A DNA stretch of 61,729 nt, taken from positions 1-61,729 of the forward strand of contig CALVAZ010000022.1 of assembly GCA_944325675.1 (NCBI GenBank), written 5' to 3'. The stretch's first letter is position 1. Each line of letters starts with the position of its first letter. Positions 17,142-26,085 of the stretch are shown piece by piece. Below the pieces are notes generated by a model. The model worked only from the letters and a program-made list of their open reading frames with translations, searched no databases and had not been told where the DNA came from. The translations under genes and the position numbers were made by a program. Origin of the DNA: Candidatus Gastranaerophilales bacterium (GTDB taxonomy: Bacteria > Cyanobacteriota > Vampirovibrionia > Gastranaerophilales > Gastranaerophilaceae).

Positions 17142-20100
17142 ATGGATTTGAATAAATTAAAGAAAATTGGGATTATTTCCGGCAGCGTTGTTTTGTCGGT
17201 GTATGTTATTTTTCTTATCCTTCCGTTGATTCTTTCACCAATATTGAATTCGTATAGCGAGAAGATTTCTTCTATGGTTGAGGAGTCTTGCGGGTTTAAG
17301 GTGAAGTTGGAAAAATTGGGGGTCGTAACTACACCTAAACTTACTGCCGGTATCAAGGTCGGGCATATTGAGCTTATGATACCTACGGGGGATGAATTTT
17401 TTGCGGCCGATAATGTACAAGCTAAGCTTTCTTTGCTGCCTATTTTTATCGGGAGAATTGAAGCGGATGTTGTTTCTGTAGATGATTTGGATGCAACGCT
17501 TCTGATGCGTCAAGACGGAAGATTTTTGATTGAAGAATATTTGCCTCAGCCGGATCCTGATTCGGAACAGTCTGCGCAGTCAGCTCAGCCCTTGCCTTTG
17601 GGATTTAAGTTGTCAAACAAGCTGCCTGATATAAGGGTTAAAGATTATACGGTAACTTTTGTTGATATGGCCTCAAAAAGTGAATATACAATTTCGGGTT
17701 CTGCCTTAAAATTAACGGATTTTATTCTTGATAAAAAGTTCAAGTTTTCTACAATCGGCGGTTTTACCTTGAACAATTCCAAGCAGTTTTCATATGATGT
17801 AAAGTTGTATAACAAATTGATGCCGGAAATTTCTTTGAATGATTTGGTTTTTAATTCTCAACCGGCTGACAAAGATAAGACTGATGAGGATTTTGTTTTT
17901 AATATCCTCAATATTTTTAAGCCTTTAAACAAATCACAACTTACTTCGGATTTGAAGGTTGATTTGAAGATTTCAGGTACATTTGATGCTCCTGAAATTG
18001 ACGGTTTTGCAAATGTTGATAATATTTCTTTGCTTGTTGACGGGAATAAACTTCCTGCAAGTTCGTTTTATTTTAATTCAAAAGGTCAAAAGGCCGACCT
18101 TAAGCTGAATTTGTTTTCCGGTGTTAGTGAAAAAACAGTTCTTGACGGCAAATTCAAATTTGGTAAAAGCCCTGATGTAAAAATGAATTTTGTATCTAAT
18201 GCGCAGTTTAATAATTTATTTAAAATCATAAACAGTATTGCTCAATCATTCAATTATAATGATTTAAAAACGCTTTCTGCAACAGGAGGTATTGATGCTG
18301 ATTTTAATATAAATGCCAACAAAAAACACGTTACCTCGGATGGTTATTTTAAAATACCTTCTTCAACCGTAAATTACAAACTTTACAATATCGCTTTGAA
18401 AAATATTCATGCTGATGTTGACTTTAAAAATATGGTTGATATAAAAGATGCCGGACTTGAAATTATGGGGCATCCTCTGAAAATATACGGTACAGTTAAA
18501 AATAATGCCGAAACAGATATTCATATTCAGGCACAGGATATTCTTTTGAAGGGTTTGATTGCCGCAGCAGGTCAGGTGCAGTTGTTGAAGGAGAATAACT
18601 TTAATTCAGGAACGCTTTCTTTAGATGCATCGTTGACCGGAAAATTATCCTCAATTGTTCCGTCTTTGAATGTTATGCTTAGTAATCTTGATGTTAAGAA
18701 TGTACCCTCCTCAACAAGAGTCACTATGCCAAAGGCATCATTTGTAATTGATTCTGACGGTAAGGCATTTAAAGGTGATTTGAGTGCTACGGCTTTAAAA
18801 ATAACAAATCCGATGGCTGTTGTTTCTATGCCTGAAACGGAAGTTATTATCGGTGAAAAAAATATTGACATCAAAAAAGCTTACCTGTTGTTCAATAATT
18901 CAAGAATTGATATTACAGGCAGCATTGCTAATTATATAAACGATAAATTAAAAATTGATATCAATGCAAAAGGTTCAATTTTGGCAAGTGATATTAAATC
19001 TGTTATTCCAAAAGAATTGCACTATATGTTCCCAAGTAACGGTAAGCTGCCGTTGAGCTTGTCCGTTAAGGGTAACAGCAAGGTGCAGGATATTTTGTTT
19101 AATATGTCTGCTGATTCTAATAATTACATTTCCTTAGTCAATGTTGAAGCCTTGAAGGGTAAAAAAACTATAATCAATTCTTCTATAAAAGTTGCTGATG
19201 ATTGTGCCAAACTTTCTGAAACGGGCGTGTATTCAGATTCGTTGAATAACCCGGTAGTAACTCTTGAAGGTTCTGTAAATAATCTTTCTAAGTCACAAAA
19301 ACTGGATTTGCGTTTATCTGTTCCGAAAAAGAACGTTATTTCTATACCCGGATTTAGCAAATCCTCTATGGCGTTGAGAGGTGATATTGACATCACTGGA
19401 ACTGCTTCAAATCCTTATTTAAAAGGCTTGGTAAGTGTTCCGAGTTTGTCAATTGATGATATGGCCCTGAGTATGTCAAATCTTGTCGCAAACGTTAACG
19501 GGCCTGTTTTAAAGGGTAACGCTACCGTTCAGAATTTTAAATCCGGCGGTATCGTTGCACAAAATATTGCAACTGAATTTTTGTTGAAAAATTACAGTGT
19601 ATTCTACTTGAATAACCTTGTAGCTGATGCATTTGACGGTAAAATATCAGGTAATATTTCTTATGGAATTAATGACGGGAAAATTACCGTTAATATGACG
19701 GGTTCTGATATGAATGCTGTCAAAACTATTGAAGGTGCAGCAGGGATGAAAAATGCTTTGTCAGGAACTTTGGCTTTTAACGCTGATATAGCAACAAAAG
19801 GTGCTACTGATGTTGATATGATGAAAAATCTTACAGGTAAAGCATCTTTTACTATTTTGAACGGAAAATTCTTGAATATGGGTAGGTTTGATAAATTATT
19901 GTTCGCTCAAAATATCTTGGGTAATGCGATTTTGAGCTCAACCGTTAATTCGGTTGCATCGCTGCCTTCTATTCAAAATACTGCTGAGTTTAAAACAATT
20001 AAGGGTAACCTTACTTTCAAAAACGGATGGGCTGATATTGAATCTATAACTTCTTCCGGTCCTTTGATGGCTTATTATATTACAGGTATGTATAATTTGT

Positions 20101-20522
20101 TGAACGGCACGACTAATGTAACTATACTGGGCAGATTGGACGAAAAGGTTGTTACTGTATTGGGGCCGCTTGGTGATTTATCGGTTGATAAATTGACTTC
20201 GTATTTGCCTAAATTCGGTGCATTGACGGCTGTTTTGATTGATTCAATGACAACTGATCCTTCAAAGGAAAAGGTTGCAAATATTCCGGCACTTTCTTCA
20301 GGCAGTGAAAGTTATAAAGACTTTAAAGTTGAATATAATGGCGGTGTAGATAGTTCAAGTGCTGTCAAATCTTTTAAATGGCTTTCAAATTGCGATACTT
20401 CGGCTATTGATTTAAAACAAGAGCTTAATAACGCAACTGACGCCATTAAAAATACAGTGCAAGATACAAAACAGCAGCTGCAGGATGCTGCGGAAGGTAT
20501 CAAAAATCTGTTTAAGTTCTGA
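17142..20522 (+). CDS. AsmA/TamB-like giant envelope protein
   Basis: ATG 17142 after AAGGGG (the track start 17109 is TTG). Single N-terminal TM segment, then about 1100 aa of beta-rich repetitive sequence. AsmA-C-like block LTGKASFTILNGKFLNMGRFDKLL; C-terminal Phe. Confidence 0.65.
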   Translation: MDLNKLKKIGIISGSVVLSVYVIFLILPLILSPILNSYSEKISSMVEESCGFKVKLEKLGVVTTPKLTAGIKVGHIELMIPTGDEFFAADNVQAKLSLLPIFIGRIEADVVSVDDLDATLLMRQDGRFLIEEYLPQPDPDSEQSAQSAQPLPLGFKLSNKLPDIRVKDYTVTFVDMASKSEYTISGSALKLTDFILDKKFKFSTIGGFTLNNSKQFSYDVKLYNKLMPEISLNDLVFNSQPADKDKTDEDFVFNILNIFKPLNKSQLTSDLKVDLKISGTFDAPEIDGFANVDNISLLVDGNKLPASSFYFNSKGQKADLKLNLFSGVSEKTVLDGKFKFGKSPDVKMNFVSNAQFNNLFKIINSIAQSFNYNDLKTLSATGGIDADFNINANKKHVTSDGYFKIPSSTVNYKLYNIALKNIHADVDFKNMVDIKDAGLEIMGHPLKIYGTVKNNAETDIHIQAQDILLKGLIAAAGQVQLLKENNFNSGTLSLDASLTGKLSSIVPSLNVMLSNLDVKNVPSSTRVTMPKASFVIDSDGKAFKGDLSATALKITNPMAVVSMPETEVIIGEKNIDIKKAYLLFNNSRIDITGSIANYINDKLKIDINAKGSILASDIKSVIPKELHYMFPSNGKLPLSLSVKGNSKVQDILFNMSADSNNYISLVNVEALKGKKTIINSSIKVADDCAKLSETGVYSDSLNNPVVTLEGSVNNLSKSQKLDLRLSVPKKNVISIPGFSKSSMALRGDIDITGTASNPYLKGLVSVPSLSIDDMALSMSNLVANVNGPVLKGNATVQNFKSGGIVAQNIATEFLLKNYSVFYLNNLVADAFDGKISGNISYGINDGKITVNMTGSDMNAVKTIEGAAGMKNALSGTLAFNADIATKGATDVDMMKNLTGKASFTILNGKFLNMGRFDKLLFAQNILGNAILSSTVNSVASLPSIQNTAEFKTIKGNLTFKNGWADIESITSSGPLMAYYITGMYNLLNGTTNVTILGRLDEKVVTVLGPLGDLSVDKLTSYLPKFGALTAVLIDSMTTDPSKEKVANIPALSSGSESYKDFKVEYNGGVDSSSAVKSFKWLSNCDTSAIDLKQELNNATDAIKNTVQDTKQQLQDAAEGIKNLFKF

Positions 20523-21455
20523 TTATAAGATACATGCCAGCACCATCAGTATAAGAGTTCCTATTTGCATTGCTGTTGCCATGTTTTGCGAAAACTTGTT
20601 GTTGTCATAACGTGAGGAGCTTTTTTGAGCTTTATAGGCGCTTGCAATCCTTTGTGCACGTGTTTCGTTGTCATCTTGGTTGAATTCTGTTCCAAACATC
20701 ACATTTTCTAGTCTGGATAGACGGTTTTCCATAGATTCGTTCTTGAATGAGCGGTTAAGAATTCCGTTTTCAACTGTTGTTATGTTAGCTTTTTTGAAAG
20801 GAAACGGATTTGTCGGGTTGTGTGCCGCATTGTATGCATCATAGTCGAATTGGTTTGGTGATTCATACCTGTCTAAGTGGTAGTTTTTTTCAAGTGCTAC
20901 TACGTCTTCGTTATCAAAAAAGTCGTTTGAAGATTGTGCTATGCCGTTATCCATAAAACTGTTCGGTTTTAGCTCCGCCTTTAATCGGTCAACTCTTGAG
21001 GCTAAATCGTCATTAAAGGTTTGACCAAATGTTTTTTGCTCTAATGCTGAAAGTCTTTCTTTTATATCTTTGTTTATGAAACTTTTATTGAATACTTTTT
21101 TTTCTAATTCATCAACTGCAGGATATTGTATATTCGCATCTGCAAGCGGCTCTCCTTGATAGTATGTGTCGCTTTCATCAGCAAAGGTATCCTCTTTGGG
21201 CTCAATTTCTTGTCCCATTAAATCGGCTGACAGATCCTTTTTTAGTTTACTGATTCTTTGTGCGGTATCTCCTGAGTTGGTTGAACCATAAACGCTGTTT
21301 TCAATTCTATTCAGCCTTGTTGTATCATCCTCACTGTCGTATTGAAATCCGTATAAAACATTTTCTATTTTACCTAGTGTTGGTGTGTATGTACTTGCGT
21401 TTGCACTAAGATTTAGTATAAATAAAAATGTTAAGATAATTACAATTTTTTTCAT
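20523..21455 (-). CDS. Secreted / C-terminally anchored repeat protein, unknown function
   Basis: Signal peptide MKKIVIILTFLFILNLSANA and a C-terminal hydrophobic anchor. Four copies of L-x-x-[IL]-E-x-x-x-[YF]-G (LGKIENVLYG, LNRIENSVYG, LSALEQKTFG, LSRLENVMFG). AAGGAG RBS. Confidence 0.6.
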   Translation of the reverse strand: MKKIVIILTFLFILNLSANASTYTPTLGKIENVLYGFQYDSEDDTTRLNRIENSVYGSTNSGDTAQRISKLKKDLSADLMGQEIEPKEDTFADESDTYYQGEPLADANIQYPAVDELEKKVFNKSFINKDIKERLSALEQKTFGQTFNDDLASRVDRLKAELKPNSFMDNGIAQSSNDFFDNEDVVALEKNYHLDRYESPNQFDYDAYNAAHNPTNPFPFKKANITTVENGILNRSFKNESMENRLSRLENVMFGTEFNQDDNETRAQRIASAYKAQKSSSRYDNNKFSQNMATAMQIGTLILMVLACIL

Positions 21456-21552
21456 AATTACTCCTTAAAATAAGAATAGATTTATTTATAATTGAATTCT
21501 ATTCTACATTTTCGGAGTTTTGGAAAGTTGAAAAATTGGGATTATATGCTAA

Positions 21553-21590
21553 GAAAAAAGCACTAGGTTTAATTTTTTCTAGTGCTTTTT
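21553..21590 (-). terminator. Rho-independent (bidirectional-looking) terminator after the AAA+ ATPase gene
   Basis: AGCACTAG / CTAGTGCT stem flanked by an A-run and a T-run. Confidence 0.6.
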
Positions 21591-21598
21591 CCCTACTC

Positions 21599-22975
21599 CT
21601 ATCTATATCCTATTTTTTTGCGATTGCTTTCTGTCTTATATTTATCTTCTTTTATTTTAAGATTTGGGTTTTTCTCAATTGCATCAAAGAAATCTTCTTT
21701 TAGAATTATTCTGCGCTTGTCTTTGCGAGCTCGGGTTGAAGCTTTATCCGCAAGAATTACAATAGCACTTGTCGGGAAATTGTCTAACCTCTTAGCAATT
21801 TCTCGTAAGTCATCCGGATTTTCGGCAAGAGGAATGCCTTTCAGCCACTTGCTGAGAGTTTTATATAAAACATCTTGTCGTGTTTCCATATCGGGCATAC
21901 CGATATATATTTGATCATCAAATCTTCTTTTTATAGCATCATCTACGATATCATATTTATTTGTTGCACCTAAAACTATTATGCCTCGGTCTCTACCAGT
22001 TTCAATTAAGTTTAGTAATGTGCCGATTTGTTTTAGGTCTTCGGCTGTTGATTCTTTGTCGCGGCCTTTGGTTAGTCCGTCAAGTTCATCTATAAATAGA
22101 ATACAAGGCATTCCGGTATCTTTTGAAAATTCGGCTACATAATCAAATGCTTGCTGGTAGTTATTTGATGTTTGGTTTATAAAACAAGAGCCAGCTTTAC
22201 TTATTTTTAGTTTAAAAAGCGGTAGTGCTGCTTCTTGTGAAACGGCCTCTACAATAGATGTTTTTCCGCAGCCGGGCGGACCGTAAAACATTATCCCTCT
22301 CGGAGGTCTTTTGCCGTATTCCGCAAAATCAAGTTTTGCTTCTTCAGGATGTAATGCAGGATATATAATTTTATCGGTTAATTCTTCTTTTAATTGATTC
22401 ATCCCGCCCAGGCTTTTGAACCCTTCAGGAGATGAAAATGTCGGAATGAATTCTTCTATTACGCTTGGAATTTCTCTATGACTGGTTTTGGGTGCTGTTT
22501 GCCCTCCAACTGCATTTCCAACTTTTGGGGTGTTTGTTGTATCAGTTTTTTCAGTATTAGCTTGGCTTTTTTTGTCATTTTCATATTCTTCGTACGTTTC
22601 AATAACATCTTCAAGTTCACTTAAAATTGAATTTTGCCATGAATCAATATTTTTACTTCTTACTGCCTCTGCTTCATAAGATTTTTTTTCACGCTCTGGG
22701 TATTTAAGCTCCGGATATTTTTCATGAACCAGTTGCGCCAAGGCAACTTTTGGTGATACAAAAGCAAGGTACATAAAGTTTTTTTTACCGCTGTCAGCGG
22801 AATCATAGTATCTTAAAAGATTTTCAGATTTGATACAATATTCGTTTAATTCTTTTATAACCTTTGCTGAATCGTCATTTTCACTTGCTTCGGCCAATTT
22901 TTTATTCAGTTGACTGTTAAGCTTTCTATTGTACCCGAATGTAGGTGAATTGTAATTAATCTTTTGTATCTGCAT
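21599..22975 (-). CDS. AAA+ ATPase (classic-clade AAA domain) with a novel ~200 aa N-terminal region
   Basis: Walker A GPPGCGKT, Walker B ILFIDELD, sensor-1 LGATN and an Arg-finger region AIKRRFD. No protease or second ATPase domain. N-terminus MQIQKINYNSPTFG. Confidence 0.85.
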   Translation of the reverse strand: MQIQKINYNSPTFGYNRKLNSQLNKKLAEASENDDSAKVIKELNEYCIKSENLLRYYDSADSGKKNFMYLAFVSPKVALAQLVHEKYPELKYPEREKKSYEAEAVRSKNIDSWQNSILSELEDVIETYEEYENDKKSQANTEKTDTTNTPKVGNAVGGQTAPKTSHREIPSVIEEFIPTFSSPEGFKSLGGMNQLKEELTDKIIYPALHPEEAKLDFAEYGKRPPRGIMFYGPPGCGKTSIVEAVSQEAALPLFKLKISKAGSCFINQTSNNYQQAFDYVAEFSKDTGMPCILFIDELDGLTKGRDKESTAEDLKQIGTLLNLIETGRDRGIIVLGATNKYDIVDDAIKRRFDDQIYIGMPDMETRQDVLYKTLSKWLKGIPLAENPDDLREIAKRLDNFPTSAIVILADKASTRARKDKRRIILKEDFFDAIEKNPNLKIKEDKYKTESNRKKIGYR

Positions 22976-23052
22976 TAATTTCCCCTTTTTTACATTAAAT
23001 CAGAACAAAAGATTTTTTGCTATTTTTTAGGTGTATTTTTTAGAATTGGTAA

Positions 23053-24243
23053 TTATTTTGTCTTTAATGCCTTCAACGCGGCAAGTTCTTCTTGATAAGG
23101 AGATATCGCAGTTATTTTTTCAATGATTTGAGGCATTTTTTCACATACATAATCAATTTCTTTTTCTGTGGTAAATCTGCTCAAGGAAAATCTTATGCTG
23201 CCATGAATTGCTGTAAAAGGTACGTTCATTGCTCTTAAGACATGACTTGGTTCCAGAGAACCTGATGTGCAGGCACTGCCTGAGCTTGCGCAAATTCCTA
23301 AATCACTCATATGCAAAAGTATAAGCTCACCTTCTACGTATTCAAATCCTATATTTGTAGTGTTCGGAACTCTGTTGGAAACACCAGTATTAAGTCTTGC
23401 ATTGTATATTCTTTTTAAAAGATTTGTTTCGAGTTTGTCTCTTAATCTTTTAACTTCTGTCGTTTCAAATTTAAGAGCATCTTGTGCTAATTCGGCCGCT
23501 TTTGCCATACCTACAATATACGGAACATTTTCTGTGCCGGCACGTTTACCTCTTTCCTGGTGACCGCCGACAATTAGAGGAGTTATTAGTGTTTTTGAAT
23601 TTACATATAAAGCTCCAACACCTTTTGGTGCGTGGAATTTATGACCTGAAATTCCAAGCATATCAATTCCCATATCTTGTACATCAAGTGGAATTTTACC
23701 TGCTGCTTGCACAGCGTCAACGAAAAATTTTGTTTCCGGATTTTTGGATTTTATTATTTCAGAAATCTTTTTAATCGGGAAAATTACACCGGTTTCATTG
23801 TTCGCCCACATAATAGATACAAGTGCTGTATCAGAATTTATTGCCGCTTCAAGTTGTTCCAAATCTAAATCACCGTTTGAATTTACACCGATATAGTCGA
23901 CTTTGTAGCCCTGTTTTTCTAGTGTTTGGTACAAATTTAAAACACACGGGTGTTCAACTTTTGTAGTTATGATGTGTTTTTTAGCCTTGTTATAATTCAA
24001 AACGCCTTTGATTGCAGTGTTAGCGCTTTCAGAACCGCAAGAGGTGAAGATAATTTCCTTTTCATCTTTTGCATTTAAAAAATCTTTAAGCACGCCTCTT
24101 GACTCTTTCAGTGCATTGGAGGCTTTTTTGCTAAAACCGTAAATGCTTGATGGATTTGCGTATTCCTCCTTAAAATAGGGCATCATTGCTTCAAGCACTT
24201 TTTCATCAACTTTTGTTGTTGCGTTATTATCTAAGTAAATCAT
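23053..24243 (-). CDS. nifS: Cysteine desulfurase, NifS/IscS type
   Basis: IYLDNNATT, PLP-lysine motif SGHKFHAPKG and active-site SSGSACTS. Confidence 0.9.
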   Translation of the reverse strand: MIYLDNNATTKVDEKVLEAMMPYFKEEYANPSSIYGFSKKASNALKESRGVLKDFLNAKDEKEIIFTSCGSESANTAIKGVLNYNKAKKHIITTKVEHPCVLNLYQTLEKQGYKVDYIGVNSNGDLDLEQLEAAINSDTALVSIMWANNETGVIFPIKKISEIIKSKNPETKFFVDAVQAAGKIPLDVQDMGIDMLGISGHKFHAPKGVGALYVNSKTLITPLIVGGHQERGKRAGTENVPYIVGMAKAAELAQDALKFETTEVKRLRDKLETNLLKRIYNARLNTGVSNRVPNTTNIGFEYVEGELILLHMSDLGICASSGSACTSGSLEPSHVLRAMNVPFTAIHGSIRFSLSRFTTEKEIDYVCEKMPQIIEKITAISPYQEELAALKALKTK

Positions 24244-25070
24244 ATTTCTATAACCTCTATATCCTCATCCATAGCAGTTCTAAGTGTTTGTTCGACAAAT
24301 CTTTTTATGGTAAGTGTCGCATTTTTGCAAGATGAGCATTTGCCATGTAGTTTTACATAAACTTTATTATCTTGTATATCCACAAGATTTATGTCCCCGC
24401 CGTCTTTTTGGAGTTCAGGTGAAATTTGTGTTTCGATGATGTTATTTATCTTCAAAATTCTTTGAGTTGGAGAAAGCTGTTTTTCGGCTTTTTCTTTTGC
24501 ATAATATGTATCAATTATGTCTTTTATAAGTCCTTTGCATTTTCCGCAGGCTCCACCGGCTTTTGTGTAGTTAGTAACTTCTTCAACTGTTTTTAATCCG
24601 TTTTGTTTAATCGCATCCCAAATTAGGTTTTCTGTAACTCCAAAGCAGGTGCAAACAATTTTTTCGGCTTTTTCAGGTTCCATCAAATCATCCAAATCCT
24701 GATAATCGTCACCATAACCTTTTAGCGCATCTTCAAGTGCTTCATAGCCCATTACTGAGCAGTGCATTTTTTCAGGCGGCAGACCGCCAAGTTGGTCTGC
24801 GATATCCTTGTTTGTGATTTTTCTCACTTCATCAATTGTTTTGCCGATTATCATTTCAGTTAGAATACTTGAACTTGCAACAGCTGAGCCGCAGCCAAAA
24901 GTTTGAAATTTAGCATCGGTTACAATATTGTTTTCTATTTTTAAATATATTTTTAACTGATCACCGCAAGCCAAAGAACCCGCGGAACCAACTGCATCAG
25001 CATTATCAATTTTGCCGACATTTCTCGGGTTCCTATAGTGATCCATTACTTTTTCCGAATAATCCCACAT
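24240..25070 (-). CDS. nifU: Fe-S cluster scaffold NifU (three-domain)
   Basis: IscU-like N-domain (ACGD, FGCGSA, HCS), central BFD-like 2Fe-2S region (CTCFGV...GGACGKC), and C-terminal Nfu CSSC. ATGA overlap with nifS. Confidence 0.9.
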   Translation of the reverse strand: MWDYSEKVMDHYRNPRNVGKIDNADAVGSAGSLACGDQLKIYLKIENNIVTDAKFQTFGCGSAVASSSILTEMIIGKTIDEVRKITNKDIADQLGGLPPEKMHCSVMGYEALEDALKGYGDDYQDLDDLMEPEKAEKIVCTCFGVTENLIWDAIKQNGLKTVEEVTNYTKAGGACGKCKGLIKDIIDTYYAKEKAEKQLSPTQRILKINNIIETQISPELQKDGGDINLVDIQDNKVYVKLHGKCSSCKNATLTIKRFVEQTLRTAMDEDIEVIEI

Positions 25071-25149
25071 TTATTTATACTCCGTTAATGTATTATCTTA
25101 TAAAATTGTAACCCAAAAATTTGTTATTAGAAACATAATTAATATAAAC

Positions 25150-26046
25150 TTAATTTTTCGATAAATGTATATATTTTTCGGTTAATTTTGCCATAGCACC
25201 ATAGGGTAATGTTAATTTTTCTTCCGCGTGTGTTATTTTGTAGCCGCCAATTGTAGGAACGTTTAATTTTTCCGCAATTTCTGTAAATAATTCATCCAGC
25301 CAAGTTTCGTTATCTATGCCCAAAAAATCTCCAAGAATTATTCCTTTAATATTTTTTGAAAATTTTTCAATATTCATCAATTGTGTCATCATTTTATCAA
25401 TTTTGTAAACATCTTCGTTCAAATCTTCCGCAAAAAATATGAAATTTTCATCAGGTATAAAATCTTGACCGCAAAGTGATACTATTGTTGCTAAATTTCC
25501 GCCCCATAGTATCCCTTCGGCATTTCCGCTTTTGTATATTTTTGTTTTTTCGGGTTTGTATGTAATTTCGTCACTTGTAACTGCATTGAAAAATGACGCA
25601 ATTGTGAATTTATTCGGTTCTTCAATGCCAAAGTCGCTTTGTATCATCGGTCCACAGTATGTCATAAGGTTTGATTTTTTTAGTATCATAGCCGAAAGTG
25701 CCGAAATATCCGAGTAACCGCAAAAGATTTTAGGGTTGTTTTTTATTAGTTCGTAATCGATTTTTTTGATTAATCTTATTGCTCCATATCCGCCACGCAT
25801 ACAGATTATTGCATCGATTTCAGGGCTTTTGAAAAATTTGTGAAGCTGCTGAATTTTGGCTTCGTCCGTACCGGCTAAATATCTGAATCGGTCGAAGACA
25901 TTTTCACTAAGAACTATCTTATATCCCATTTTTTCGAAGAATTTTTTTGCCCTCAACACGTTTTCATCATTGTCAATTGCTCCTGCTGTCGCCAAAATCC
26001 CTATGGTATCACCCTTTTTTAAATTTTCGGGTTTAATTATGTTCAT
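25150..26046 (-). CDS. ldcA: LD-carboxypeptidase (peptidase S66, muramoyltetrapeptide carboxypeptidase-like)
   Basis: GDTIGILA, CMRGGYGAIRL and GYSDISAL (catalytic Ser) with HAEE near the C-terminus. Confidence 0.8.
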   Translation of the reverse strand: MNIIKPENLKKGDTIGILATAGAIDNDENVLRAKKFFEKMGYKIVLSENVFDRFRYLAGTDEAKIQQLHKFFKSPEIDAIICMRGGYGAIRLIKKIDYELIKNNPKIFCGYSDISALSAMILKKSNLMTYCGPMIQSDFGIEEPNKFTIASFFNAVTSDEITYKPEKTKIYKSGNAEGILWGGNLATIVSLCGQDFIPDENFIFFAEDLNEDVYKIDKMMTQLMNIEKFSKNIKGIILGDFLGIDNETWLDELFTEIAEKLNVPTIGGYKITHAEEKLTLPYGAMAKLTEKYIHLSKN

Positions 26047-26085
26047 ATACTGTCCTTTTTTCCTATCTTTTGTTATAATTGTATC

